Below are positions 37,900 through 48,724 of a stretch of DNA of 64,000 nucleotides, in pieces. This DNA comes from an uncultured Eubacteriales bacterium (GTDB taxonomy: Bacteria > Bacillota > Clostridia > Oscillospirales > CAG-382), in assembly GCA_900551295.1 (NCBI GenBank), contig URVJ01000003.1:68593-132592 (forward strand), read 5' to 3'. A program made the position numbers and the translations under genes. The number at the start of each line of letters is the position of its first letter. Within the stretch, counting starts at the first letter, position 1. The notes beneath the pieces are model-generated. The model searched no databases and was not told the DNA's origin. It saw nothing but the letters and a program-made list of their open reading frames with translations.

Positions 37900-39129
37900 A
37901 TGAAAAAGCTACTTGCAACCGTGTTAGCTTGTCTTATGTGCGCATACGCTGCAGTATCCATGACAAGCTGCTCAAACAAACCTGCCGGCAACACTGACGG
38001 CGACAATCAGACTTCAGGCGAGAAAATTCTCTACATCGGAGCTTACGAACCCGCTTCCGGTGAAAACGGAGCAGGCGGAAAACAGGAAGTTCTCGGCATG
38101 GAATATGCAAACTCCTTGGTTCCGACCGTTACTCTCGGCGGAGAAGAATATACAATCAAACTTGTTACCGCTGACAACCAGTCCTCGACAGACAAGGCTG
38201 TTTCCGCAGCAAGCGAACTCGTTTCAAAGAACGTATCCGTTGTACTCGGCTCTTACGGCTCCGGCGTTTCTATTGCCGCAGCAGACACATTTGCAGCCGC
38301 TAAGATTCCCGCAATCGGATGCTCCTGCACCAACCCGGCAGTTACTCTCGGAAACGACTACTATTACAGAGTTTGTTTCCTCGATCCCTTCCAGGGAACA
38401 GTTATGGCAAACTACGCAAAGAGCGTAGGCGCTGAAAAGGCATACGTTCTCTCGCAGCTCGGCGACGACTACTCCACAGGTCTTGCAACCTACTTCCAGA
38501 AGGCATTTGAAGACCTCGGCGGAACCGTTGTAACAGGCGAATTCCCGAAGGACACCAGCGACTTCACTACATACCTCACCACCGCAAAGAATGAGGACGT
38601 TGACGTATTCTTCGCTCCTTCTTCCATTCAGAGCGCTTCGCTTATCATTGCTCAGGCTTCCAACCTCGATGTTGAATTCCCGATCATGGCAGGCGATACA
38701 TGGGAACATTCCGCAATCATCGAAGCTGCTAAGGGCACAAATCTTACAATCGCTCTTTCCACTTTCTTTGATGAACACGACGAAGGCGCAACCGCAGCAG
38801 AATTCGTAACCGGATTCAAGGCTTGGCTCAACGCTAACGACGCTAAGAAGGCAAACAACGGTGGCAACGACATAGTTGCTGCAGTAAGCGCGCTCGGATA
38901 CGATGCATACATGACTGCTATCGAAGCTATCAAGGCTGCCGACAGCGCAGACTCCGAAAAAATAGCAGAGGCCATGTCCGGTGTTGAATATACCGGCGTT
39001 ACAGGCGGCATTTCGTTTGACGAAAACGGAGACGCCAAGAAAGACATGGCGTTCATTAAGACAGTCGATACTGAGGCAGGCGAGTTCAAGTTCGTTAAGA
39101 CTCAGACCGTCGCAGACCTTGCCGACTAA
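37900..39129 (+). CDS. ABC transporter substrate-binding lipoprotein (branched-chain amino acid, LivJ/K type)
   Basis: Signal/lipobox MTSCS and Peripla_BP_6-like sequence. It is the first gene of the livHMGF-type operon. Start at MKKLL after GGAGGAAAAG. Confidence 0.8.
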   Translation: MKKLLATVLACLMCAYAAVSMTSCSNKPAGNTDGDNQTSGEKILYIGAYEPASGENGAGGKQEVLGMEYANSLVPTVTLGGEEYTIKLVTADNQSSTDKAVSAASELVSKNVSVVLGSYGSGVSIAAADTFAAAKIPAIGCSCTNPAVTLGNDYYYRVCFLDPFQGTVMANYAKSVGAEKAYVLSQLGDDYSTGLATYFQKAFEDLGGTVVTGEFPKDTSDFTTYLTTAKNEDVDVFFAPSSIQSASLIIAQASNLDVEFPIMAGDTWEHSAIIEAAKGTNLTIALSTFFDEHDEGATAAEFVTGFKAWLNANDAKKANNGGNDIVAAVSALGYDAYMTAIEAIKAADSADSEKIAEAMSGVEYTGVTGGISFDENGDAKKDMAFIKTVDTEAGEFKFVKTQTVADLAD

Positions 39130-39163
39130 TTATTCGTAATCATTTAAAAGCAAACATTGCTTT

Positions 39164-39192
39164 AAGGCAGGGATTCCTTCCTGCCTTTTTCT
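39164..39192 (+). terminator. Hairpin plus T-run between the binding-protein and permease genes (partial terminator/attenuator)
   Basis: Stem AAGGCAGG/CCTGCCTT followed by TTTTCT. Confidence 0.55.
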
Positions 39193-39216
39193 CTGTATTT
39201 TGGAGGTTTCATACCT

Positions 39217-40113
39217 ATGGATCTATTTAAGGAATTTTTAAATCAGAATCTGCCCCATCTTCTTTCGGGCATTTCCATAGGCGGTCAGTATGCGCTTATA
39301 GCAATAGGCTATACGATGGTCTACGGTATTCTGAGACTCATAAACTTCGCACACGCCGACATCTTTATGGTCGCCGGCTTTATCATGGTTTACGCAAGCA
39401 CATCTTTTCCCATGTACATTTCCATTCCTCTTGTAATAATTCTCACCGTTCTTCTCGGTTTCAGCGTTGAAAGATGCGCGTACAAGCCCCTCAGAACGGC
39501 GCCGCGTATGTCAGTCATGATCTCGGCAATCGGCGTTTCGTACCTCTTGCAGAACCTTGCGATCTATATAACAAGCGGTCTGCCCAAAATCTACCCCGCC
39601 ATTCCCTGGATAAGCGACAGAATAACAGTTTTCGGCTGTTCTACAAACCGCGTTACTATCATAACTCCTTTTCTCACGGTTGCGTTGGTTGCGATTCTCG
39701 CAGCATTCATCAAGTATACCAAGATAGGTATTGCAATGCGTGCCGTTTCGCGCGACTTTGAAACAAGCCAGCTCATGGGCATAAAGATAAACACCGTTAT
39801 CAGCTTTACGTTCATTATAGGTTCGTTCCTTGCCGCTGTCGGTTCCATGCTGTTCTTCACAAGCTATACGACGGTAACTCCCACAATAGGCGCAATGCCC
39901 GGACTTAAAGCGTTCGTCGCTGCGGTATTCGGCGGTATCGGATCTATTCCCGGCGCTGTTGTCGGTGCGTTTATAATAGGTATCTGCGAAACCTTTATCA
40001 AGGCGGCAGGATACACCACCTTCAGCGACGCGTTTACTTTCGCGCTGCTCATCGTAATTCTTGTCGTAAAGCCTACCGGTCTTTTCGGCGAAAAAGTTAC
40101 GGAAAAGGTATAA
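39217..40113 (+). CDS. livH: Branched-chain amino acid ABC transporter permease
   Basis: LivH-like sequence: GYTMVYGILRLINFAHADIFM. Confidence 0.85.
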   Translation: MDLFKEFLNQNLPHLLSGISIGGQYALIAIGYTMVYGILRLINFAHADIFMVAGFIMVYASTSFPMYISIPLVIILTVLLGFSVERCAYKPLRTAPRMSVMISAIGVSYLLQNLAIYITSGLPKIYPAIPWISDRITVFGCSTNRVTIITPFLTVALVAILAAFIKYTKIGIAMRAVSRDFETSQLMGIKINTVISFTFIIGSFLAAVGSMLFFTSYTTVTPTIGAMPGLKAFVAAVFGGIGSIPGAVVGAFIIGICETFIKAAGYTTFSDAFTFALLIVILVVKPTGLFGEKVTEKV

Positions 40114-40127
40114 GGAGGCGGGAAAAC

Positions 40128-41204
40128 ATGAAAAAGTCAACGAAAAATATCATAAACATCGCTCTTCTTGTAATACTGTTCGCGGCTGTGTTCTGTGCGG
40201 ATAAATTCACGGACAACGTAATGTTAAGAACGGTTCTCAAAAAAGGCTCCATCTACGCGCTTGTTGCGGTTTCGATGAACCTGCTCAACGGCTTTACCGG
40301 GCTTTTCTCACTCGGACAGGCAGGATTTATGCTGCTCGGCGCTTATACATACGGTATCCTCACAATTCCCGTCGAATTCAGACAGAGCGTATACCTCTAC
40401 TTTGACGGCGGTATAATCCACTTTGCGCTTCCGCAGCTTGTCGGAATAATCCTCGGCGGTGTGGTTGCCGCATTCTTCGCTTTTCTTATCGGACTTCCCG
40501 TACTTAAACTCAAAAGCGACTATCTCGCAATAGCAACTCTCGGTTTTGCCGAAATTATGCGCGCAATACTTCAGTGGAAAGGCTTAGGCCCAATAACCAA
40601 CGGTTCAAACCTGCTCAAAAAATTCCCGTATTATCTCTCGATAACCCCATATTTCGTCATTTCGGCTGTATGCATAGCCATTGTGGTTCTTCTCATACAT
40701 TCAACCTACGGCAGAGCCTTTAAGGCTATACGCGACGACGAGATCGCAGCCGAGGCAATGGGTATAAACCTTGCGTCACACAAGAGAATGGCATTTGTAA
40801 TAAGCTCATTCTTCGCAGGCATCGGCGGCGCACTGCTCGCAATGTTCCAGAACACCGTGCAGGCTAACGCTTTCAGCAGCGCAATGACATACGAAATTCT
40901 CCTTATCGTCGTTATAGGCGGTATAGGTTCTATCACCGGCAGCGTACTTGCGGCATTCCTCTTTGTCGCGTGCTCGGAATGGTGGTTAAGATTTCTCGAT
41001 CTAGAAACATATATCGGCTCTTTCAAAGTTCCGCTTCTGCGTTCGGGATTCAGAATGGTTGTGTTCTCGGTAGTAATCATGATCGTGGTTCTGTTCTTCA
41101 GACGCGGTATCATGGGTACAAACGAATTTTCCGTTGAACGCATATGTACGAGATTTAAAAAGCTCTTTTCGGGTAAAGCTAAAAAGGAGGGCAATGCAAA
41201 ATGA
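40128..41204 (+). CDS. livM: Branched-chain amino acid ABC transporter permease
   Basis: LivM-like sequence: LNGFTGLFSLGQAGFMLLGAY. Confidence 0.85.
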   Translation: MKKSTKNIINIALLVILFAAVFCADKFTDNVMLRTVLKKGSIYALVAVSMNLLNGFTGLFSLGQAGFMLLGAYTYGILTIPVEFRQSVYLYFDGGIIHFALPQLVGIILGGVVAAFFAFLIGLPVLKLKSDYLAIATLGFAEIMRAILQWKGLGPITNGSNLLKKFPYYLSITPYFVISAVCIAIVVLLIHSTYGRAFKAIRDDEIAAEAMGINLASHKRMAFVISSFFAGIGGALLAMFQNTVQANAFSSAMTYEILLIVVIGGIGSITGSVLAAFLFVACSEWWLRFLDLETYIGSFKVPLLRSGFRMVVFSVVIMIVVLFFRRGIMGTNEFSVERICTRFKKLFSGKAKKEGNAK

Positions 41205-42043
41205 GTGAAAACGTGCTGAAACTTAACGACATCACCATGCAGTTCGGCGGCGTTGTCGCGGTAAACAATCTCTCCTTGGAAGTAAACAAAAACGAAATAG
41301 TTTCTCTTATAGGTCCCAACGGTGCCGGAAAAACCACGGTTTTCAACGTCATCACCGGCGTTTACGAGCCTACAAACGGCATGGTTTCCTTTAACGGCAA
41401 AACTCTTATCGAGAACAAGCCGCGCGGAAAGATGAAAAAGCTCTACATCGGCGAAAACAAGGGCAAATACACAAAGAAAGTATCAAAAACTCCCGACAAG
41501 ATCACAAAACTCGGCATTGCAAGAACTTTCCAGAACATCAGACTCTTCAAGTCTATGACGGTCTTTGAAAACGTACTTGTAGCAATGCATCTGCGCCGCA
41601 AGTCAAACATTTTTACGGCAACTTTCAAGCTTAACCTGAAAGAAGAAAACGAAATGCGCCGCAAAGCGGAAGAACTGCTCAAGATCGTAGATCTTTACGA
41701 TCTTAAAGACGAGCTTGCGACAAGCCTCCCTTACGGAAAGCAGCGCAGACTTGAAATTGCGCGTGCGCTTGCGACAGAACCCAAACTTCTCCTTCTCGAC
41801 GAGCCGGCTGCCGGCATGAATCCTCAGGAGACCGACGAGCTTACAGCGTTCATTCACGACATACGCTCAAAATTCGACCTCTCCATTCTTCTTATCGAGC
41901 ATCACATGAACCTTGTCATGGACATCTCGGACAGAATATACGTTATAGACTTCGGTAAGCTTATCTCATCGGGAACGCCCGACACCGTTCAGTCGGATAA
42001 AAAGGTTATCGACGCTTATCTGGGGGTGGCTGAAAATGAGTAA
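41201..42043 (+). CDS. livG: Branched-chain amino acid ABC transporter ATP-binding protein
   Basis: Walker A GPNGAGKTT, LSYGKQRRLEIARAL-like signature, and LLLDEPAAG. Confidence 0.9.
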   Translation: MSENVLKLNDITMQFGGVVAVNNLSLEVNKNEIVSLIGPNGAGKTTVFNVITGVYEPTNGMVSFNGKTLIENKPRGKMKKLYIGENKGKYTKKVSKTPDKITKLGIARTFQNIRLFKSMTVFENVLVAMHLRRKSNIFTATFKLNLKEENEMRRKAEELLKIVDLYDLKDELATSLPYGKQRRLEIARALATEPKLLLLDEPAAGMNPQETDELTAFIHDIRSKFDLSILLIEHHMNLVMDISDRIYVIDFGKLISSGTPDTVQSDKKVIDAYLGVAENE

Positions 42044-42758
42044 CAACATTCTTGAAATTAAAGACCTTGTGGTTTCATACGGCGGTATCGAAGCCGTTAA
42101 GGGAATAACAATGGACGTACCCAAAGGCGAGATAGTTACGCTTATAGGCGCAAACGGCGCAGGCAAAAGCACAACGCTTAAAACCATCGCCGGAATAGTC
42201 AAGCCGCAGCGTGCCGAAATTCTCTTTAACGGTCAGAATATAACCGGTCTTTCACCCGACAACATAGTTAAAACCGGTATAACACTGGTTCCCGAGGGCA
42301 GACGCGTATTTCCTAACCTTACGGTAAAGGAAAACCTCAGAATCGGCGCGTATTTAAGAAAAGACAGTCTTGAGAAGGATTTTGAATACGTTTACAGCCT
42401 GTTTCCGAGACTTAAAGAGCGTGAATGGCAGCTTTCCGGAACATTATCCGGAGGCGAACAGCAGATGCTGGCTGTCGGACGCGCGCTTATGGCAAGACCG
42501 TCGCTTATCATGATGGACGAACCGTCGCTCGGACTTGCTCCGCTTGTCGTAAAGAGCATTTTCGACATCATAAAGGAAATCAACAGAAACGGCATTACCG
42601 TGCTTCTTATCGAACAGAACGCAAACATGGCTCTCCAAGCCGCTCACACGGCATACGTTCTCGAAACCGGAAAGATAACAATGTCCGGCAAGGGTTCGGA
42701 GCTTATTCAGGACGAAAGAATCAAGGAAGCATATCTCGGCAAAAGCAAGACAAAATAA
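42036..42758 (+). CDS. livF: Branched-chain amino acid ABC transporter ATP-binding protein
   Basis: GANGAGKST, LSGGEQQMLAVGRAL and MMDEPSLGLAP motifs. Confidence 0.9.
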   Translation: MSNNILEIKDLVVSYGGIEAVKGITMDVPKGEIVTLIGANGAGKSTTLKTIAGIVKPQRAEILFNGQNITGLSPDNIVKTGITLVPEGRRVFPNLTVKENLRIGAYLRKDSLEKDFEYVYSLFPRLKEREWQLSGTLSGGEQQMLAVGRALMARPSLIMMDEPSLGLAPLVVKSIFDIIKEINRNGITVLLIEQNANMALQAAHTAYVLETGKITMSGKGSELIQDERIKEAYLGKSKTK

Positions 42759-42806
42759 CCTTACGGAAATTTATGTGTAAAAGAGTATTTTAAAGAGGGT
42801 AAAGCA

Positions 42807-44201
42807 ATGAAAAGACAACTTATCCGCGAACTTTACGAAAACACCGAGAGTTTCGGCGGAAAAACAGTTACCGTCGGCGGCTGGGCAAGAAGTATACGCG
42901 ACAGCAAGGCTTTCGGTTTTATAGACCTCAACGACGGAAGCTTTTTCAAGGGCGTTCAGGTTGTATTTGAAAGAGAAATTATTTCAAACTACGACGAGGT
43001 AGCAAAGCAGAACGTCGGCGCAGCGCTTGTCGTTACGGGTACTGTGGTTCTCACTCCGGAAAACAAGCAGCCGTTTGAAATCAAGGCGTCCGACGTGCAG
43101 GTTGAGGGAACGTCTACTCCCGACTATCCGCTTCAGAAAAAGCGTCACACTGTTGAATATCTGCGCGAGCAGGCTTATTTAAGACCGCGTACAAACCTCT
43201 TTTCGGCAGTTTTCAGAGTTAGAAGCGAAGTTGCATACGCAATTCACTCTTTCTTCCACGACAGAGGATTCGTATACGTTCATACGCCGCTTATCACGGG
43301 TTCGGACTGCGAGGGCGCAGGCGAAATGTTCAGAGTAACCACGCTTGACGTCAACAATCCTCCCCGAAAAGACGACGGCAGCGTTGACTGGTCGCAGGAT
43401 TTCTTCGGAAAAAGCACAAACCTTACGGTTTCAGGTCAGCTTGAGGGCGAAACATATGCCATGGCTTTCGGCAACATCTACACTTTCGGCCCTACGTTCA
43501 GAGCCGAAAACTCCAACACTGCGCGCCATGCGGCTGAGTTCTGGATGATCGAACCCGAAATTGCTTTTGCGGATCTCGACGACAACATGACGCTTGCATG
43601 GGACATGATAAAGCACATTGTAAACCACGTTATGAAAAACTGTGCGGCAGAGCTTGAATTTTTCAACAGCTTTGTTGACAAGACTCTGCTTGAACGTCTT
43701 ACGGCGCTTGCAAACAGCGATTACGAAAAAGTTACCTACACAAAGGCAATCGAACTTCTCAAAGCCTCCGGTGCCGAGTTCAAATACCCGGTTGAATGGG
43801 GCTGCGATCTTCAGACCGAGCACGAAAGATACCTTACCGAACAGGTATTCAAAAAGCCTATATTCGTTGTTGACTATCCCAAAGAGATCAAGTCTTTCTA
43901 CATGAGAATGAACGATGACGGCAAGACCGTTGCGGCAATGGATCTGCTTGTTCCCGGCGTCGGCGAGATTATAGGCGGCAGCCAGAGAGAGGAAAGACTC
44001 GACGTTCTGCTTTCCCGCATGGCTGAGTGTCATCTTGACGAAAAGGATTACTGGTGGTACGTAAATCTCCGCAAATACGGCGGAACAAAGCACGCGGGCT
44101 ACGGCCTCGGCTTTGAAAGAATCATAATGTACCTTACGGGCGTTTCCAACATACGCGACGTAATTCCCTATCCCAGAACAGTCGGCAACGCAGAGTTCTG
44201 A
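42807..44201 (+). CDS. asnS: Asparagine--tRNA ligase
   Basis: Class IIb OB-fold N-terminus; [10 protein letters not shown]; GGSQRE; C-terminal GLGFER...PYPR. Confidence 0.95.
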   Translation: MKRQLIRELYENTESFGGKTVTVGGWARSIRDSKAFGFIDLNDGSFFKGVQVVFEREIISNYDEVAKQNVGAALVVTGTVVLTPENKQPFEIKASDVQVEGTSTPDYPLQKKRHTVEYLREQAYLRPRTNLFSAVFRVRSEVAYAIHSFFHDRGFVYVHTPLITGSDCEGAGEMFRVTTLDVNNPPRKDDGSVDWSQDFFGKSTNLTVSGQLEGETYAMAFGNIYTFGPTFRAENSNTARHAAEFWMIEPEIAFADLDDNMTLAWDMIKHIVNHVMKNCAAELEFFNSFVDKTLLERLTALANSDYEKVTYTKAIELLKASGAEFKYPVEWGCDLQTEHERYLTEQVFKKPIFVVDYPKEIKSFYMRMNDDGKTVAAMDLLVPGVGEIIGGSQREERLDVLLSRMAECHLDEKDYWWYVNLRKYGGTKHAGYGLGFERIIMYLTGVSNIRDVIPYPRTVGNAEF

Positions 44202-44224
44202 TCAATTTGTAAATTTGCATTTTT

Positions 44225-44254
44225 CGGAGCAGTTTCATACTGCTCCGTTTTTTT
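44225..44254 (+). terminator. Intrinsic terminator after asnS
   Basis: Stem CGGAGCAG/CTGCTCCG followed by TTTTTTT. Confidence 0.8.
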
Positions 44255-44368
44255 GCAAAACCATAAATTTCTCATAAACTCACAATAAATGTTTGCGAAA
44301 AATGTTGATTTATGCCAAACAGCAGAGTGTAATTATAATAGTTTTTTCATACTTTGGGAGGATACGGC

Positions 44369-45059
44369 ATGGACTTTCTGCTCTATTCCGAAATCAACGT
44401 TTTCTGCATAGCAATATTACCGACATAGACTCGTTCAAGAACATAAACGATTTCTACGAACACAATGAGGGGGACAACGCGCTGCTGATAGTTTCTTCCG
44501 CATTAAAGGATTTCTGCCGCAGAAACGATTGTTTTTGCGGACGTTACGGCGGTGACGAATTTGTAATTATCAAGGTCATGAACATAAATGAGAGCGTTCT
44601 GCCTATGCTTGACGAGCTTAAAAATCAGGTATACAAAAAGTGCAGATCGCGCGGTCTTGAATACAGAATAGAGCTTAGTTTCGGATGTTCGGAATACTCC
44701 GTGGGCTGTGTTTCGGGTAATCTTTGCGCTGATAATTGCAACAAACATTGCCGAATGCTTGCGGCGGCGAATGTCTGCTTACTATTTCAAAAGAGCTTAA
44801 AAAGACATTTAAAAACGGCTATTGTTTCAGATTCGGCGGCGATGAGGCTTGCGTGCTTTTAACGAAGAACACAGACAGTGCCGAAAATCTTGTATCGGCT
44901 TACAAAGCAAAACTTGATATTCTTCGCAAATCAAATCCGAGACTTCCGCACATATCCATCGGCTGTACAGTCTACGATCCGGCTTGCGAAACGGTTGAAA
45001 ATGCTTTTCACCGTGCAGATAATCTTATGTACAGCAGCAAGCGTGCAAAGCGTACATAA
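44369..45059 (+). pseudogene. Decayed diguanylate cyclase locus with two tandem GGDEF-domain remnants
   Basis: RBS and ATG at 44369 give MDFLLYSEINVFCIAILPT followed by a stop. The next frame begins mid-domain at DIDSFKNINDFYEHNEGD...RYGGDEFVII. After a further frame change near 44730, a second remnant reads GGECLL...FRFGGDEACVLL...HRADNLMYSSKRAKR. Confidence 0.55.
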
Positions 45060-45108
45060 ATAACACAAGCGTACTCAAGCGACTATACGCAATCAAAATA
45101 ATAAATTT

Positions 45109-45146
45109 ACGGCGGAACCAAAAACAATTATTTCCGCCGTTTTTCT
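45109..45146 (+). terminator. Intrinsic terminator after the GGDEF remnants
   Basis: 9-bp stem ACGGCGGAA/TTCCGCCGT followed by TTTTC. Confidence 0.75.
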
Positions 45147-45213
45147 TTATGCAAAAAAGCCGCACCGCAGGTTTTTATCCTCACGGTACGGCAAAAATGC
45201 TGTTATTTTTATT

Positions 45214-46968
45214 CTATGCCTGTTTAAACTGGCTGTTATAGAGCGTGCTGTAAAATCCGCCCTTTTCAAGAAGCTCGTCGTGTCTGCCCTGTTCTATCAC
45301 GCTGCCGTCCTTCATTACAAGTATAAGAGAGGCGTCACGGACAGTTGACAGTCTGTGTGCAACGACAAAGCTTGTTCTTCCCTCCATAAGCGTGTCGAAC
45401 GCTTTCTGTATACGGAGTTCGGTTCGGGTATCTATGCTTGAAGTCGCCTCGTCAAGTATAAGCATCGGCGGCAGGCAAAGCATTACGCGCGCTATGCACA
45501 AGAGCTGTTTCTGACCTTCGCTGAGCGCGTCGGGCGTTAGAAGTGTGTCAAGCCCGTCGGGAAGCCTTTGTATAAAGCTGTAACAGTGAGAGAGCTTTGC
45601 GGCGTTTATTATTTCTTCTTCGGTTGCGTCGGGCTTTCCGAAAGCTATATTATCGCGCACCGTTCCGCTTTTAAGCCAGGTTTCCTGAAGAACCATGCCG
45701 AAATTTTTCCTCAGCTCATGCCTTGAAACGTCCTTTATGGGCTTTGAATCTATGCTTATAACGCCGCCGTCAACGTCATAGAAACGCATAAGCAGATTTA
45801 TAAGCGTTGTCTTTCCGCAGCCTGTCGGTCCGACTATGGCTATGCGCATACCCGGCTTTACGTCGAGATTGAAATCGCGTATAAGCGGTCTTGTTTTGTC
45901 GTAGCTGAAAGAAACATCTTTAATGTTTACATTTCCCTTTACGTTTTCAAACTTGCCGTCGCTGTCTTTGCTCTCGCAGGGTTCGTCCAAAAGGTCGAAT
46001 ATTCTTGCCGAGCAAGCAAGCGCATTCTGAAGTTCGGTAACGACGGAGCTTATATCGTTAAAGGGTTTCATATACTGGTTTGCATACGACAAAAGCACCG
46101 AGAGTCCGCCGACCGTAAGGCTTCCGCCGGGTATCAGTATTACGCCGACAAGCGCGACAAACGCATATATTATATTATTTACAAAGCGCGTTGACGGATT
46201 TGTAAGACTGCTGTAAAAGGTTGCAAACTTACTGCACTCCATAAGTTCTTTATTTATGACCTCAAAGCGTTCCGACGCTTTTTTTTCATACCCGAAAGCC
46301 TTTACGACTTTTTCGCTGCCCACCATTTCGTCTATTAGCGCGGTCTGTCTTCCGCGTATTTCGCTCTGCTTTCTGAAAAGCTTATAGGAACGTCCCGAAA
46401 TGAACTTTGCAACAAGGAAGCTCAAAGGTGTGAGCAGTATTACCATAAGCGACACGAGGACATTTTTGGAGAACATGAATATAAGCGTAACCACGACCGT
46501 AACAACGCCGGAAAACAGCTGTGTAAATCCGAGCAGAAGTCCGTCCGAAAGCACGTCGGCGTCAGAAATAACGCGGCTTACTATATCGCCCGAACTGTGC
46601 GAGTCGAGATACGACAGCGGCAGTTTCTGTATATGTCTTATAGCCTTTGAACGCAGTTCCTCGACTATTCGGTATGTCATTTTATTGTTTACAAGGTTCA
46701 TTATCCAGGTAAAAACGCCCGAAAGCACGGCGAGAAATGCAATTTTTGAAAGTACCTTTGCCATTGCAGTGAAATCCACCCTGCCGGTTTCCTGTACAAA
46801 GTCGATAGCGTCGCCGAACAGCACAGGAACATAAAGCTGAAGCACGACGGCAGCCGCAGCAAGCAATATACTGAAGATAAGCGCGGCGCTGTGCTTTTTT
46901 ATAAGCGGCATAAGACGTTTGAGTGCGCCGGAATTTTTAATCATAGCTTTATTATCCTTATTTTTCAT
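45214..46968 (-). CDS. ABC exporter, fused permease/ATPase (type I, heterodimer partner)
   Basis: Six-TM domain followed by GPTGCGKTT, LSEGQKQLLCIARV and ILDEATS. Confidence 0.85.
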   Translation of the reverse strand: MKNKDNKAMIKNSGALKRLMPLIKKHSAALIFSILLAAAAVVLQLYVPVLFGDAIDFVQETGRVDFTAMAKVLSKIAFLAVLSGVFTWIMNLVNNKMTYRIVEELRSKAIRHIQKLPLSYLDSHSSGDIVSRVISDADVLSDGLLLGFTQLFSGVVTVVVTLIFMFSKNVLVSLMVILLTPLSFLVAKFISGRSYKLFRKQSEIRGRQTALIDEMVGSEKVVKAFGYEKKASERFEVINKELMECSKFATFYSSLTNPSTRFVNNIIYAFVALVGVILIPGGSLTVGGLSVLLSYANQYMKPFNDISSVVTELQNALACSARIFDLLDEPCESKDSDGKFENVKGNVNIKDVSFSYDKTRPLIRDFNLDVKPGMRIAIVGPTGCGKTTLINLLMRFYDVDGGVISIDSKPIKDVSRHELRKNFGMVLQETWLKSGTVRDNIAFGKPDATEEEIINAAKLSHCYSFIQRLPDGLDTLLTPDALSEGQKQLLCIARVMLCLPPMLILDEATSSIDTRTELRIQKAFDTLMEGRTSFVVAHRLSTVRDASLILVMKDGSVIEQGRHDELLEKGGFYSTLYNSQFKQA

Positions 46969-46969
46969 C

Positions 46970-48724
46970 TTACCGCGCCTCCTTTACCTTATTTTCGGGA
47001 TTTTCTTCGGGAAACTGCGAATAGTAAATTCCGCGGTATACCTCGCTTGTTTTAAGCAGATCATCATGCGAGCCGACTGCGCTCAGCTCTCCGTTATCAA
47101 GCACAAGTATCACGTCCGAATCGCGCACGCACGCTATTCTCTGCGACACTATAAAGGTTGTGACGTTATCGGGCAGCTTTTTTACCCCACTTCTGAGTGC
47201 CGCGTCCGTTGCATAGTCGAGTGCGCTTGAGCTGTCGTCGAGAATAAGAATTTCGGGCTTTTTGACAAGCGTTCTCGCTATGGACAGTCTTTGTTTCTGA
47301 CCGCCGGAAAGATTGCGTCCCGACTGTTCGAGAACGAAATCAAGCTGTCCCGGCTTATCCTCAACCACCTTTTTGCCCTGTGCGGTCTCAAGTGCGTTCC
47401 AAAGCTCCTCATCTGCCGCGTCCGGGTTTCCGTATTTGAGATTATCTCTTATACTTCCCTCAAACAGAACGGATTTCTGCTGAACGACGCCGACCTTTTT
47501 TGTAAGTTCGTCCTTGGTATACTTTTCCACAGGCACTCCGTCAACAAGCACCTGTCCCTTTGTCGCGTCGTAAAAACGCGGTATAAGGCTTATGAGCGTT
47601 GATTTACCGCTGCCCGTTCCGCCTATTACGCCGACATTTTCGCCTTTTGCGATTTTAAAGTTTATATCCGAAAGGCTTGGCGCTCCCGCTCCCGAATAGG
47701 TAAACGTAACGTCCTTAAATTCCACGGCAGGCGTGCCGTTTACGCTGTTTTCACTGTGAGATGACTCTGACGGATAGACCATATCCGGTTCGGTTCCGAG
47801 AATATCCGCTGTTCTCTTTGCGCAGGCAAGCGCCTTATTGAGCGTTATTATAAGGGACGCAAGCTTTATAAGCTCAACTATTATCTGGAGCATATAGTTA
47901 TAAAGCGCGACGACCTGTCCCTGCGGTATAATACCCGAATTTACCTGTACCGCCGACACCTTTATGAGAAAAACGGCGGCTATATTTATAAGCACATAAG
48001 TAAGCGGATTCATGAGCGCCGAGATACGTCCGACAAACAAATTCAGCCTTGTCAGCGCCTTATTGCTTGCGTCAAACTCGTCCACCGACTCTTTTTCGCG
48101 GCAGAACGCGCGTATAACTCTGACGCCCGTAAGATTTTCCCTTGTTTCAAGCGTTACCCTGTCAAGTCCCGACTGCGCCTTTGAAAACAGCGGTATACTC
48201 ACAAGCATTATTGCAAAAACGACGGCGAAAAGCACCGGTATCGTTACCACAAATACAAGCGCACTCTTAAAGTCTATCGTAAACGCCATTATCATTGCGC
48301 CGAACACGATAAAAGGGCTGCGCAGCAGCAGCCTGAGTCCCATATTCAGTCCGTTCTGAACCTGGTTTACATCTCCCGACAGTCTTGTGATAAGCGTCGC
48401 ACTGCCGAGTTTATCTATCTGCGAGAACGACAGCGACTGTATATGATCGAAAAGCGCCTGTCTGAGCGCTCCGGCAACACCTATACTTGCCTTAGCCGCA
48501 AAGTACTGCGCCGTTACGCTGCACGCAAGTCCCACAAGCGCCATAAGTATAAGCGCGCCGAAGCCGAGATACACGCTCTTTCCGACGCCTGCCTTTCCGG
48601 AATCTATCATCTGCGCCACCGCGATAGGCACAAGCAGATCAAACAATGCCTCAAGCAGCTTGAACAGCGGCGCGAGAATACTCTCTTTCCGGTAATCTTT
48701 TAAGTATACCGCAAGTTTTTTCAT
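46970..48724 (-). CDS. ABC exporter, fused permease/ATPase (type I, heterodimer partner)
   Basis: GGTGSGKST, LSGGQKQRLSIAR and ILDDSSSALD motifs. Start at MKKLAVYLK with an RBS; the ORF-track start at 48847 has none. Confidence 0.85.
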   Translation of the reverse strand: MKKLAVYLKDYRKESILAPLFKLLEALFDLLVPIAVAQMIDSGKAGVGKSVYLGFGALILMALVGLACSVTAQYFAAKASIGVAGALRQALFDHIQSLSFSQIDKLGSATLITRLSGDVNQVQNGLNMGLRLLLRSPFIVFGAMIMAFTIDFKSALVFVVTIPVLFAVVFAIMLVSIPLFSKAQSGLDRVTLETRENLTGVRVIRAFCREKESVDEFDASNKALTRLNLFVGRISALMNPLTYVLINIAAVFLIKVSAVQVNSGIIPQGQVVALYNYMLQIIVELIKLASLIITLNKALACAKRTADILGTEPDMVYPSESSHSENSVNGTPAVEFKDVTFTYSGAGAPSLSDINFKIAKGENVGVIGGTGSGKSTLISLIPRFYDATKGQVLVDGVPVEKYTKDELTKKVGVVQQKSVLFEGSIRDNLKYGNPDAADEELWNALETAQGKKVVEDKPGQLDFVLEQSGRNLSGGQKQRLSIARTLVKKPEILILDDSSSALDYATDAALRSGVKKLPDNVTTFIVSQRIACVRDSDVILVLDNGELSAVGSHDDLLKTSEVYRGIYYSQFPEENPENKVKEAR

